DNA of 63,036 nucleotides, counting the filler. It is 7 parts of 7 records of this genome, joined end to end, with 100 filler letters (N's around TTAATTAATTAA, not from the genome) between each part and the next. Parts side by side here need not be neighbours in the genome. Positions count along the whole stretch, not along the records: positions 41,491 to 48,171 come from SRR31156797_6483; positions 48,272 to 55,135 come from SRR31156797_6484; 5 more parts are not named here. One strand, written 5' to 3'. How positions within the stretch are numbered: position 1 is the stretch's first letter; each line of letters opens with the position of its first letter. This document shows positions 42,621 to 52,105 of the stretch, piece after piece. The translations under genes and the position numbers were made by a program. A model generated the notes under the pieces. It searched no databases and was not told the origin of the DNA. It was given only the letters and a program-made list of their open reading frames with translations.

Positions 42621-42689
42621 TTTAAATAACTTTTTTAATTTTTAATTATTTAGCCTTAATTTTGAACAAATAAAATTAAATACAATTCG

Positions 42690-43337
42690 ATGAAAAATAT
42701 AGCAGTTGTTTTAGCCGGAAACGGAGTGTTCGATGGTGCTGAAATTCATGAAGCCACATTAACTTTACTTGCCATTTCAAGACAGGGAGCCAGTTATCAA
42801 TGCTTTGCGCCGGATGTGAACCAGGCACATGTAATTAACCATATAACCGGAGAAGAAATGCCGGAAACCAGAAATGTATTGATTGAAGCTGCCCGAATTG
42901 CTCGTGGCAATATAAAATCGTTAGCTGAATACAAGGCATCAAATTTCGATGCCATTATTTTTCCTGGTGGTTTCGGAGCAGCAAAAAACTTGTGCACTTT
43001 TGCTTTCGATGGCGTAGATTGTACTGTAAATCCCGACGTTGAAAAAGCCATCCGTGAAACTGTAAATGCTAAAAAACCAGTGGGTGCACTTTGTATTTCT
43101 CCAGTGCTGATAGCAAAAGTTTTGGGCGACGTTGAAGTTACTATTGGACAAGATGAAGGAACTGCAAATGCTATAGAAACTTTTGGTGGAACACATGTGA
43201 AAACAACACATGGCGAAATTGTAATTGATAAAAAATACAATATTGTAACCACTCCTTGTTATATGCTCGATGCTTCAATAAACCAAATTGCCGATGGTGC
43301 CGACAATGTTGTTCAACAAATATTAAAAATGGTGTAG
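42690..43337 (+). CDS. elbB: Glyoxalase ElbB (DJ-1/PfpI family)
   Basis: GVFDGAEIHE, RNVLIEAARIARG, PGGFGAAKNL, LCISP, TPCYM. Confidence 0.92.
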   Translation: MKNIAVVLAGNGVFDGAEIHEATLTLLAISRQGASYQCFAPDVNQAHVINHITGEEMPETRNVLIEAARIARGNIKSLAEYKASNFDAIIFPGGFGAAKNLCTFAFDGVDCTVNPDVEKAIRETVNAKKPVGALCISPVLIAKVLGDVEVTIGQDEGTANAIETFGGTHVKTTHGEIVIDKKYNIVTTPCYMLDASINQIADGADNVVQQILKMV

Positions 43338-43353
43338 CCATTAATCGATAAAA

Positions 43354-44040
43354 ATGAGTTTAATTCCTTTTATAGATATCCATACGCATCTTTTTCGACC
43401 TGAAAAGGAAACCATAACAATCCAGAATATTTTTCCGGGAGATGGTTTTGCTGCTTTTAATGGTCGAAATTTTTATTCGGTTGGATTGCATCCCTGGCAC
43501 ATAAAATCGAAAAAAGAGAATAATGAATTGCTAGTTCAGGTTGAAGAAGCGCTGGAATTCGATCATGTTATTTTTGTTGGAGAAACAGGGCTCGACAAAA
43601 AATCCGCTACCGACTTTGAAGAACAAAAACGAGTTTTTGAGGCTCACGCATTTATAGCTGAAGAATATCAAAAACCATTAATAATTCATTGTGTGAAAGC
43701 TTTTAATGAGATTTTGGAAATTCATAAAAAAATGAATCCCCGAATGGTGTGGATTTTTCATGGTTATAACGGAAGTGTGGAAATGACAAAACAACTGGCT
43801 CACGAAAACTTTTTATTTTCTTTTGGCGAATCACTTTTTATTTCCGAAACAAAAGCCATTGAAGCATTTAAATATTTACCCTTAAATAAAATCTTTTTCG
43901 AAACCGATGAATTTGATGGTGACGTTGAGCAAATGTATTTACAGGGTGCAAAACTCAAAGGGATGCAAAAAGTAGATTTTAAAAAATCGGTTTGGGATAA
44001 TTTTAATCGTATTGAAAATAAATTAATTAGTCGTTTCTAA
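43354..44040 (+). CDS. TatD-family hydrolase
   Basis: DIHTH, GLHPW, GETGLD, IIHCVK, FHG, ETD. Confidence 0.9.
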   Translation: MSLIPFIDIHTHLFRPEKETITIQNIFPGDGFAAFNGRNFYSVGLHPWHIKSKKENNELLVQVEEALEFDHVIFVGETGLDKKSATDFEEQKRVFEAHAFIAEEYQKPLIIHCVKAFNEILEIHKKMNPRMVWIFHGYNGSVEMTKQLAHENFLFSFGESLFISETKAIEAFKYLPLNKIFFETDEFDGDVEQMYLQGAKLKGMQKVDFKKSVWDNFNRIENKLISRF

Positions 44041-44056
44041 AAATCATTGAAGTTTT

Positions 44057-44773
44057 ATGGGAAGTTGGTTGGAGCGTACGGAATTACTTCTGGGAAAAGA
44101 AAAATTGGAGAAGTTAATAAATGCCAATATTTTAGTAGTAGGATTAGGCGGAGTAGGAGCTTATGCAGCTGAAGAACTTTGCAGAGCCGGAATTGGTAAA
44201 ATGACAATTGTTGATGGCGACAAAGTAGAAGAATCGAACCGGAACCGTCAACTTCCGGCTTTAGTAAGTACAACTGGTATTCCGAAAGCAGAAATTTTAG
44301 CAGAACGTTTTCGCGATATAAATCCCGATATTCAGTTAACCGTAATAAATGAATACATCAGGGATGAAAGAATTGTTGAACTTCTGAAAAGTCAACCGTT
44401 CGATTATGTTATCGATGCAATTGACACACTTGCACCAAAGGTTTTTTTAATTTATCATGCAAAGCAGCTGAACCTTAAAATAGTAAGTTCTATGGGAGCC
44501 GGAGGTAAAATGGATCCACAAAAAGTTCATATTACAGATCTCTCAAAATCGTACAATTGTAAACTGGCCAGAATGTTGCGAAAACGGCTTGCACGACTGG
44601 GGGTAAAAAAAGATGTAAAAGTTGTTTTTTCCTCAGAAGACATTGTTAAAGAAGCCGTTCGGATCGAAGAAGGTGTTAACAAAAAATCTACCGTTGGAAC
44701 CATTTCATATATGCCGCCGGTATTTGGGTGTTTTATTAGTAGTGTTGTTATACAGGATTTAATTTCAGACTAA
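44057..44773 (+). CDS. tcdA: tRNA threonylcarbamoyladenosine dehydratase
   Basis: GLGGVG, SNRNRQ, DAIDT, SSMGAGGKMDP, GTISYMP. Confidence 0.9.
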   Translation: MGSWLERTELLLGKEKLEKLINANILVVGLGGVGAYAAEELCRAGIGKMTIVDGDKVEESNRNRQLPALVSTTGIPKAEILAERFRDINPDIQLTVINEYIRDERIVELLKSQPFDYVIDAIDTLAPKVFLIYHAKQLNLKIVSSMGAGGKMDPQKVHITDLSKSYNCKLARMLRKRLARLGVKKDVKVVFSSEDIVKEAVRIEEGVNKKSTVGTISYMPPVFGCFISSVVIQDLISD

Positions 44774-45370
44774 AACAGTATTATTTTAACTCTAATCTTT
44801 CAATTGTCCACAAATTTGGCAATTCGTAACTTTTTGCCGGATATTGCCTGATTACCCACAATTCGCTTTCATTTAATGAGGGGAATACTATTAATGAATC
44901 AACCGGGTATTTCCTTCCGGGGAGAGTGGGTGGTGGAACAGGTGTAATTTCATAGGTTTCTTCCAATAAGAGGAAGTTTTTGATGGCTTTATTTATCAGC
45001 TTACTTATTTTATTTCAATTGTATTTAATTTGAAAAGCAGTTTATAATTTTGCCCTTATAAAGAATTTTCTTCTTTATGTTTGATAATTACAATTTTACA
45101 TTACCTTTGTCATGTTAAAATTATGGCGATTATAAATATTTAAGTGTTTTTATAGCCTTAACATTAACGAGTTGGTCTTTTTTTTATTGGTTTTTTTTTA
45201 AACAACTTGGACACGGTATTCCTTTCTTGTTTTTCTCCACGGCTTTTATTCGTAAACTAAAATTTCAGCAATTCTATTTTAAAGTAAATCCGGGAAGCAA
45301 ATTATTGTATTGTTTTACTGTGCACTTTTTAATAGAAAAAAGAAATTATTAATTTTTTAAATAATAACAA

Positions 45371-45679
45371 ATGAACATTTATGTTGGAAATCTTCCGTTT
45401 ACTTTAGGTGAGGAAGATTTAAGAAAAATTTTCGAAGAGTATGGTGAAGTTTCTTCAGCTAAAATTATTACTGATAAATTTACCGGAAGAGGTAAAGGAT
45501 TCGGTTTTGTTGAAATGGATGCAGATGATGAAGCCAGAACTGCAATCGAAGAACTAAACAATGCAGAAGTTGGTGGCAGAAACATTAAAGTTAATGAATC
45601 TAAGCCACGTTCTAATGACAATCGTGGTGGTGACCGTCGTGGAGGCGGTGGTGGTTATAACCGCAGAGATCGTTACTAG
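45371..45679 (+). CDS. RRM-domain RNA-binding protein
   Basis: IYVGNL (RNP2), KGFGFVEM (RNP1), Gly/Arg-rich tail. Confidence 0.93.
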   Translation: MNIYVGNLPFTLGEEDLRKIFEEYGEVSSAKIITDKFTGRGKGFGFVEMDADDEARTAIEELNNAEVGGRNIKVNESKPRSNDNRGGDRRGGGGGYNRRDRY

Positions 45680-45685
45680 AAAATA

Positions 45686-45880
45686 ATGGAAGGTACTGTT
45701 AAATGGTACGATGCTGTTAAAGGATTTGGATTTATTGAGTCTTCTGACAACAAAGATTATTTTGTGCATCGTACAGGAATCATGGATAATTTCCTTGAAT
45801 TAGAGACAGACCAAAAGGTTGAGTTTGAAATAAAAGAAAGTGACCGTGGTCCTGTAGCTTTTAATGTGAAAGTAATTTGA
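45686..45880 (+). CDS. Cold-shock domain protein
   Basis: GTVKWY..KGFGFI...DYFVH...GP.A.NV. Confidence 0.92.
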   Translation: MEGTVKWYDAVKGFGFIESSDNKDYFVHRTGIMDNFLELETDQKVEFEIKESDRGPVAFNVKVI

Positions 45881-45898
45881 TCAAATAAATAGCTTATT

Positions 45899-45934
45899 AA
45901 AAAAGATTCTATCTCTTGATAGAATCTTTTTTTT
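45899..45934. terminator. Bidirectional terminator
   Basis: AAAAAAGATTCTATC-TCTT-GATAGAATCTTTTTT. Confidence 0.8.
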
Positions 45935-45944
45935 GTCGTAAATT

Positions 45945-47930
45945 TTACCGGTTATTATTCTGTTTCAGAAATTCGATATAGTTTTTATTTACATTAACGC
46001 CTAAACTTATTGCAGTTTGCGCATCTTCCAGAGCTTTCGCTTTATTACCAATTGTATTATAAGTGTACGAGCGGTTTATAAAAAACACACCTTGCTGCGA
46101 ATTTATTTGAATAGCACGCGTAAAAATTTCAAGTGCTTTTTCGTTTTCTTTTTTTACACGATAACACAAACCAAGGGTGTTTAAAATATCGGCGTTTGTT
46201 GGCTCAAGCTCCAGGTATTTTGTATAATCTTCAATTGTTTTATCGTACTCTTTTATTTTGTAATAAATTAAACCACGGTTAGAAAGTGCCAGTTTATTTT
46301 TGGGCCTCAATTCAATTGCCCGGGTTAAATCTTTCAGCGCATTATCCCATTGTTCTTTCATGCCGTAAGCAGCACCCCGGTTGGTAAGAGCAACTACGTA
46401 TTCCGGTGCCAGCGATAAACATTTATTATAATCATCTAATGCTAAATCTATTTGTCCCTGGTCGAAAAAAATACGACCCCTGTTCGAATACAGCTGATAA
46501 AATCCGGGAGCCATTTCAATTCCTTCATTATAAACATTTAAAGCTTTATCGAATTCATTTTTTTCGCGATAATGTTTTCCTAAGTTTAAATGTGCCAATC
46601 CCGAGTCGGGGTATACTTTTAATGCCTGTGTAAAAAGAGTTTCAGAGTTTTTCCAATTGTTAACCATTACAAAACTGGAGAGAAAATAAAACAGAAAAAC
46701 AATGCCAAAAATAATTTCACCCGACCTTCTGTTTTTCAGCTGATTGATATAAAAAACCAATATGAAGAAGATTCCAATAGATGGAATGTAAGTATATCGG
46801 TTAGAAAGGAAAATAGCGGTTCCGGAAGAACCAATGGCAAGAGCCGGTGAAATGGTAACGGCAAAAAATATTAATCCGGCTAACAAAACCACCGATTTAT
46901 TTCTGAACTTCCAGGCATAATAAAACAGGGCTAAAATTAGAATGGGGAATATATAAATAAATATCCCCAGCGATTCAAAAATGGCATCGTGTGGGTAGAT
47001 AACCGACAATTTTATTGGAATTAAGCTGTGTAAAATCCATAATACAAAACGTACAGAAGCGGAAAACAGTAACTGCAATATTCGGGGCATATTATTTATT
47101 ACATCAACATTTGCCACCTGATTTATATTTTCCGATTCTGCTGAAAGATCTGCAATTGCTTCCGAACCGGAACCAAAGTCAAGTAATCCGTATAAAAACG
47201 CCAAAACTAAAAATGCCACAAAATATGGTATTTTTTCAGCTAATAATTTTATAGTAAGTTTACGTTTATACCATAAGTCGGTAAGGAAAAGTATCGCAAT
47301 TAATGTAATTCCCATTGATTTGGAAAGCCCGGAGAACAAATAGAGAATTCCCCCAAGAACTAAAAAAAGGACCTTTTCTTTTTGAATAAAATAAATGTAT
47401 GAAAGCCAACTCAATAAAAAGAAAAATGAAAAAAGAACATCTTTTCTTTCAGTGGCCCACGCAACCGATTCAATACGAAGTGGATTTACAGAAAAAAACA
47501 GAGCAAGCAAAAACGAGGTGAACAATATCTTTTTTTCGTCGGTAAAAAGTTTCCTGAAAAGATGAATCCCAATAAAAAAGAGTATCAGTGTATTTGCCAA
47601 ATGTAACAGCCAGTTAATCAGGTGAAAATGTGAAGGGCTGCTTCCAAACAGCTGGTATTCTGCTTTCCACGATAAAAATACCAAGGGTTTGTAATGCACA
47701 TTATAAAGTAAACTGTTAAAACATTCTGAAAAGGGAATTGAGTTATCAGTAATTAGTTGGTTTTCATAAATCAATTTTGCATCGTCGATATTTACAAAAT
47801 CGAAATTTGTGGTTTTTGCATAGATAGCCACAACTGCGATAACTAATAAAATAAGGTAAAAATGCAGTTTCGGTTTTTTATTCGTTTTTGCTGAATGTTG
47901 TTGCTTTTTATTCCGGGTTGTTTTTTTCAT
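45945..47930 (-). CDS. TMTC-like GT-C membrane protein with TPR repeats (putative protein O-mannosyltransferase)
   Basis: FVNIDD, YKPL, HP-like NPLRIESVAWATERKD, EKIP, RYTYIPS, W.NS.TL, multiple TPR (NRG) repeats. Confidence 0.8.
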   Translation of the reverse strand: MKKTTRNKKQQHSAKTNKKPKLHFYLILLVIAVVAIYAKTTNFDFVNIDDAKLIYENQLITDNSIPFSECFNSLLYNVHYKPLVFLSWKAEYQLFGSSPSHFHLINWLLHLANTLILFFIGIHLFRKLFTDEKKILFTSFLLALFFSVNPLRIESVAWATERKDVLFSFFFLLSWLSYIYFIQKEKVLFLVLGGILYLFSGLSKSMGITLIAILFLTDLWYKRKLTIKLLAEKIPYFVAFLVLAFLYGLLDFGSGSEAIADLSAESENINQVANVDVINNMPRILQLLFSASVRFVLWILHSLIPIKLSVIYPHDAIFESLGIFIYIFPILILALFYYAWKFRNKSVVLLAGLIFFAVTISPALAIGSSGTAIFLSNRYTYIPSIGIFFILVFYINQLKNRRSGEIIFGIVFLFYFLSSFVMVNNWKNSETLFTQALKVYPDSGLAHLNLGKHYREKNEFDKALNVYNEGIEMAPGFYQLYSNRGRIFFDQGQIDLALDDYNKCLSLAPEYVVALTNRGAAYGMKEQWDNALKDLTRAIELRPKNKLALSNRGLIYYKIKEYDKTIEDYTKYLELEPTNADILNTLGLCYRVKKENEKALEIFTRAIQINSQQGVFFINRSYTYNTIGNKAKALEDAQTAISLGVNVNKNYIEFLKQNNNR

Positions 47931-47955
47931 ACCGTTTTTTTGCAAAAGTTTAAGG

Positions 47956-48171
47956 TTAACTAATTGAACTCCAGTCGAAATCTGTTTCTTTTGAGAGTAA
48001 TAAATATCGCAATAATATTTTATTCTCTTCGGTCGAAAGGAAACGATCTTTTTTTAATATTTCAGAGGCCACTTCGCGCGCCATTTGCAGAATTTTACCA
48101 TCTTTCCCAAGGTTTGCAATTTTCAAATCAAAACCGATTCCACTTTGCTGAGTTCCTTCAATATCGCCGGG
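47956..48171 (-). CDS. recG: ATP-dependent DNA helicase RecG, C-terminus (5'-truncated; not in ORF track)
   Basis: Minus-strand translation PGDIEGTQQSGIGFDLKIANLGKDGKILQMARE...DWSSIS*. Confidence 0.88.
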   Translation of the reverse strand, partial: PGDIEGTQQSGIGFDLKIANLGKDGKILQMAREVASEILKKDRFLSTEENKILLRYLLLSKETDFDWSSIS

Positions 48172-48271
48172 NNNNNNNNNNNNNNNNNNNNNNNNNNNNN
48201 NNNNNNNNNNNNNNNTTAATTAATTAANNNNNNNNNNNNNNNNNNNNNNNNNNNNNNNNNNNNNNNNNNNN
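48172..48271. other. Artificial contig linker
   Basis: N44-TTAATTAATTAA-N44. Confidence 0.99.
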
Positions 48272-48272
48272 A

Positions 48273-48626
48273 AGTATTGGGGTTATGTTTTGGGTTGCTG
48301 GGTTTGATTTACTTTATTCCTTACAAGATATTGAAGTAGATAAAAAGCTTGGACTGCACTCGATACCTAGTGTATTTGGTGCTAAAAAAACGATGATGAT
48401 ATCAAAAGTATTCCACTTCTGCACGGTACTTTTTTGGCTTCTGTTTGTGATAACTTCAAATAGTGGAGTTTTTGCTTATATAGCTGTTCTATTAGGTGCT
48501 ATTATGCTTACATATGAACATATAATTGTACATAGAGATTTTACAAAAATAGACAAAGCATTTTTTACTGTAAATGGATACTTAGGAATAGTATTCTTTT
48601 TTCTTATCTTTATAGATTCATTTTAA
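48273..48626 (+). CDS. mqnP: UbiA-family menaquinone (futalosine pathway) prenyltransferase (5'-truncated)
   Basis: WVAGFDLLYSLQD..D...GLHSIPS.FG, YEH, AFFTVNG. Confidence 0.85.
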   Translation, partial: SIGVMFWVAGFDLLYSLQDIEVDKKLGLHSIPSVFGAKKTMMISKVFHFCTVLFWLLFVITSNSGVFAYIAVLLGAIMLTYEHIIVHRDFTKIDKAFFTVNGYLGIVFFFLIFIDSF

Positions 48627-48843
48627 TATTTTTAAGAGGTTAATACCTCTTGAAAATAACTAAATCACCTTAAAATAGTTACTTTTACTATACTTAGCTA
48701 ATAACTTATAATTAAAAATAGTATTTAAGAAAAAAGTACTTAAAAAATTGTAATAATCCAATAATACGGTAATAGTTGCTTGATTTTGACATTAAGCTAT
48801 AATTTCTTTATAATAGTAATAAAATATAGAGAAAGGATTGATT

Positions 48844-48966
48844 GTGAGTATTTATAAATTAAAACTAGATGCAAATATGCAAACAAGTAAAAGAGCAAAT
48901 CTAGCTAATATATCTCTATATCTAGGGATGATTGCAGCGATTGCACTTGTAGTAGCAGTTGTCTAA
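48844..48966 (+). CDS. 40-aa small membrane protein (not in ORF track)
   Basis: AAAGGA SD, GTG start; MSIYKLKLDANMQTSKRANLANISLYLGMIAAIALVVAVV*. Confidence 0.55.
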   Translation: MSIYKLKLDANMQTSKRANLANISLYLGMIAAIALVVAVV

Positions 48967-49060
48967 TTTGAAACTTCCTGCTTTGTGGAAGAAAATTCAG
49001 AGTACTTTAAACATAGTGTGTGTAAAATTCGCACTCTAAAGTGTAAACTTACACACAAGC

Positions 49061-49137
49061 GCGTCTGTGGCTCAACTGGATAGAGCAGCGGGTTTCGGCC
49101 CCGCGGGTTGGGGGTTCGAATCCTCTCAGGCGTGCCA
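49061..49137 (+). tRNA. tRNA-Arg(UCG)
   Basis: Cloverleaf: acceptor GCGTCTG/CAGGCGT, D arm GCTC/GAGC, anticodon stem GCGGG/CCCGC with loop TT-TCG-GC, TTCGAAT loop, encoded CCA. Confidence 0.96.
49115..49137 (+). repeat. att site, tRNA-side copy
   Basis: TTCGAATCCTCTCAGGCGTGCCA. Confidence 0.85.
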
Positions 49138-49197
49138 TTCTATTTTGAAGCTCCGATACCATGGTATAGGCAGACTTCAAAAAATCACTTAAATTTT

Positions 49198-49217
49198 TAT
49201 ACAACAAATATACAACA
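49198..49217 (+). repeat. Putative integrase arm-type sites, left
   Basis: TATACAACA-AA-TATACAACA (11-bp period), echoed at 53417-53436. Confidence 0.7.
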
Positions 49218-49286
49218 TTTAATCCAAAAAGTATTTATTTTAATTTTCATATTTTGTATTATAACTCCAAAATCAAAGGAGTGAAA

Positions 49287-50000
49287 ATGTCAGAAGAAGA
49301 CCAAATCTTTTTAGCAAAACGAAGTAAATATAATAGAAGAATAGTTGCACAATATCTAGCACTTTATACAGAAAATGCTCATTTAAAAAAATGCCTTATA
49401 ACTTTAACCCCTAAAGATGGGAAAATTTCAACCACTTTAAATATGAGACGAGATTTTTTTAAAAAGTTAAATAATTTTAAAAAGAATAAATCGGATGGTG
49501 ATAAAACTATCAAATATTTTTCAAATGTTGAGTTTAACGAGCATTATCAATCTCATTTACACATTCAACTTTTTTATACCAATTTAAAGCCAATTAAAAA
49601 AGCTTTTGATTCAATAGTTAATTTTACAAATGATAATACAAATGCAAATACCATTGAAATAGCTAGAAATCATAAATTGAACTTCAATTATGTAATTAAA
49701 GATTATAGAAATACAAATTTGGAACTTGAAAGATTAAAAGAAACAAGAAGCTTACAATTTATCACAAGTTCAAGAAAAACTATTACAAATAAAATCATTC
49801 GCTATTTATTTAGAACTTTAGATTTTAAATCAAAAAACAGATATAACGAGATATTAGAACAAATTGAACAAAAAAAGATTGAGATTATTAAAGGATTTGT
49901 TAAAAATAAGCCTCAAAATAGCATTTCTGAAAAGATTGACTTATATACAGTTATTGAATTTATGACCCTCTTTTTCAAAAGCTTCTTTGATTTGTTTTAA
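49287..50000 (+). CDS. HUH rolling-circle replication initiator-like endonuclease
   Basis: Motifs in Rep order: I LITLTP, II SHLHIQL, III YVIKDY; AAAGGAG SD before the ATG at 49287. Confidence 0.7.
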   Translation: MSEEDQIFLAKRSKYNRRIVAQYLALYTENAHLKKCLITLTPKDGKISTTLNMRRDFFKKLNNFKKNKSDGDKTIKYFSNVEFNEHYQSHLHIQLFYTNLKPIKKAFDSIVNFTNDNTNANTIEIARNHKLNFNYVIKDYRNTNLELERLKETRSLQFITSSRKTITNKIIRYLFRTLDFKSKNRYNEILEQIEQKKIEIIKGFVKNKPQNSISEKIDLYTVIEFMTLFFKSFFDLF

Positions 50001-50093
50001 ATGTCTTGAGTGATTTTTGTACATTTTAAACTCTTTTAATAGCTGTTGGCTTCCAAGCATTAAGCCCTCACGCTGATTTTCTGTATTTTTCAT
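49941..50093 (-). CDS. 50-aa protein translationally coupled to the relaxase (not in ORF track)
   Basis: ATGA overlap with the relaxase stop; MKNTENQREGLMLGSQQLLKEFKMYKNHSRHLKQIKEAFEKEGHKFNNCI*. Confidence 0.5.
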   Translation of the reverse strand: MKNTENQREGLMLGSQQLLKEFKMYKNHSRHLKQIKEAFEKEGHKFNNCI

Positions 50094-50770
50094 GGATTAT
50101 TCCTTTTTATTTTTTCAAATTTTTTTAAGGCTTTGTCAGAATGACCTTTTTTTAAATCTTTTAAAGCTAAATCAATATATTTATCAAGTTTGTCATTGAT
50201 ATTTCGATACTTTAAAATTTCTAGTTTTAATTGGTCTAATTTGTAAGTGTAATGATTTTTAGAAGATTGATTGATTTCATCTTGAGAAATATCCCACCCA
50301 GCTAGTTCTCTAAATTTGTTTACAAAGCTTTTCTTTGAAAAATCAATAGAAATATACTTTTTTTCTTTTTTTGAGTAAATAATACGGTTTAGAAAGCTAT
50401 GAAAGTGTGGAGTTGATTCTTTTCCATGATAAACGAATGGAATTTGATTGACAAGTTCTTTTAATTCATCATTATTAAGACCTAGAGCGTGTGTTTTATT
50501 CACAAACTCATAGAAAGACAAGTAAACTCTTTTAAATCTTGATTGAGCTTCAATTTTGGAAGTACCTTTTTTAAATGAAATTACAACACTCAACATTCTA
50601 CTTCTTCTACCATTTTTTCCAAAATGGTATGAATCTATGATTTGTTGGTTTTTATTGAAATTATCAAAAAAGCTATTGCCTATTATTTCTTGATTTTGAT
50701 GTTTATCTTCATTAAATAAATAGTAGACATGATTCTTCCAGTTTTTGATTGACTTAAATTTTACTATCAT
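50090..50770 (-). CDS. Short relaxase/mobilisation nuclease (MOBP-like)
   Basis: N-terminal Tyr (HVYYL), VVISF motif II, H-x6-HFH-x3-NR motif III (YHGKESTPHFHSFLNR); AAGGAG SD. Confidence 0.7.
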   Translation of the reverse strand: MIVKFKSIKNWKNHVYYLFNEDKHQNQEIIGNSFFDNFNKNQQIIDSYHFGKNGRRSRMLSVVISFKKGTSKIEAQSRFKRVYLSFYEFVNKTHALGLNNDELKELVNQIPFVYHGKESTPHFHSFLNRIIYSKKEKKYISIDFSKKSFVNKFRELAGWDISQDEINQSSKNHYTYKLDQLKLEILKYRNINDKLDKYIDLALKDLKKGHSDKALKKFEKIKRNNP

Positions 50771-50863
50771 TTTAACAACTCCTTTGAGTTATTATATTTC
50801 TAGTAAAAAATTTGAGTTCTTAATCTAAAAAGTAAATTTGAATTGTGTTTGAATTTAAAAGAG

Positions 50864-50916
50864 GTCAAGATAGGAGAAATGAATTTCTCCTCTTGCAAAA
50901 GGAGACTTTGCTCCTT
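50864..50916 (-). promoter_or_regulatory. Putative oriT (inverted repeat plus RP4-like nic sequence) and adjacent terminator hairpin
   Basis: Minus strand AGGAGAAAT-TC-ATTTCTCCT running into CCTATCTTG (RP4 nic is CCTATCCTG); second hairpin AAGGAG/CTCCTT with a T run. Confidence 0.55.
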
Positions 50917-50932
50917 GTTGAATCCTAGATAA

Positions 50933-52039
50933 TTAGTCTCTCCAAACTTTGACTGTTCTATAATCATAAAAATATAGTTTTCTTTTTCCTTCTAATCTAC
51001 CTTCTAGATAGCTAAAGTCACTAATCTTATCAATAGAACTAAGTCCTATATAAATATTTTTTACACCATTCTTTACAATTGCATCTATAATATGTTCATC
51101 ATTACTCTTAAGCATCGTACCAAAAATAATTAAACTATTTTCTTTATATGTTCCTGAAGAATGTTTTTTGGTCGTTGGCATAGTTCTTAAAGTTTTATAA
51201 GAGTTATTTAGATAGGAGTTATGAATAATTTTTGTTAGTTTTTTATGTGTTGTTCCTTCTGAAATAAAAATGGGATATATTGATTTTTCTAAGTTTTCTA
51301 AAGTCTGTTCTCTCAGTGCTTTTTGTGTTCTCTTGTAAGTGTTCTTTATAATTTCATGTTGATTATCAAAAATATGTAGTGCACCATGCAAGTAATGAAT
51401 AGTTTGATAATAGTTAGAATTGTCATTTTTAAAAACTACATAGTCTTTTTCATCAACAGAACCAGTACTTCCAAATCCATCAGAGACTTTTAGTCTACAG
51501 TTTTTATCATTTACAATTCTTTTTTGAGGTATTAATTTATCTTCTTCTTCTATAATTTCTTTAAGTCTCATCGTTGCCCAAAATAATAATAGGTCATAAT
51601 TTAAAGAAAAAATATTATCAAATCTTTTTATAAAATCAATACATTTTAAATATTCTTCATCTGATATTGAATTTGCTTTAGGAGGATGGTTGTTTGTAAC
51701 AACTTCAACTAGATGTTCTTTTAATGATTTAGAATCTATAATCATTTTATCTTTGGTCTCTTGGTCAACTTTATCATATGATTCAAGTACAATGATTGAT
51801 GATTCAATTTGTTTAATAATTAATTCAAAATCACTTGTTCCAAATGCTTTAAATAGATTATAAATAGGTGTATCTTTTTTTATAATATTATTTTCAACAG
51901 CACTTTCTAATAAACTTTTAAAAGAGAACCTTTTATCTTCATATGACCTACTAAACCCATTACCTATTAAAAGATTTCTAAATCCATCTTCTGTTTGCTC
52001 TAATACTTCATTGAAAGTTAGTAATTTTTTTTGACTCAA
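50933..52039 (-). CDS. DUF4917-family (SIR2-like) protein, candidate anti-phage effector
   Basis: LLIGNGFS, SLNYDLLLFW, DGFG, YLHGALH, PIFISEG, YL..SY, IFG...NDEHI. Confidence 0.78.
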   Translation of the reverse strand: MSQKKLLTFNEVLEQTEDGFRNLLIGNGFSRSYEDKRFSFKSLLESAVENNIIKKDTPIYNLFKAFGTSDFELIIKQIESSIIVLESYDKVDQETKDKMIIDSKSLKEHLVEVVTNNHPPKANSISDEEYLKCIDFIKRFDNIFSLNYDLLLFWATMRLKEIIEEEDKLIPQKRIVNDKNCRLKVSDGFGSTGSVDEKDYVVFKNDNSNYYQTIHYLHGALHIFDNQHEIIKNTYKRTQKALREQTLENLEKSIYPIFISEGTTHKKLTKIIHNSYLNNSYKTLRTMPTTKKHSSGTYKENSLIIFGTMLKSNDEHIIDAIVKNGVKNIYIGLSSIDKISDFSYLEGRLEGKRKLYFYDYRTVKVWRD

Positions 52040-52105
52040 TATTCACTCCAATAAATTCATAAAATAGTTTTATTATAGTAACATATTAATTTTAATTATT
52101 AATAA

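Noticed and set aside
44781-44966. 61-aa minus-strand ORF after tcdA
   Set aside because: TTG start and no recognisable domain; it may be a remnant but cannot be supported.
47964-48227. 87-aa plus-strand ORF
   Set aside because: It is the antisense shadow of the recG C-terminus and runs into the linker.
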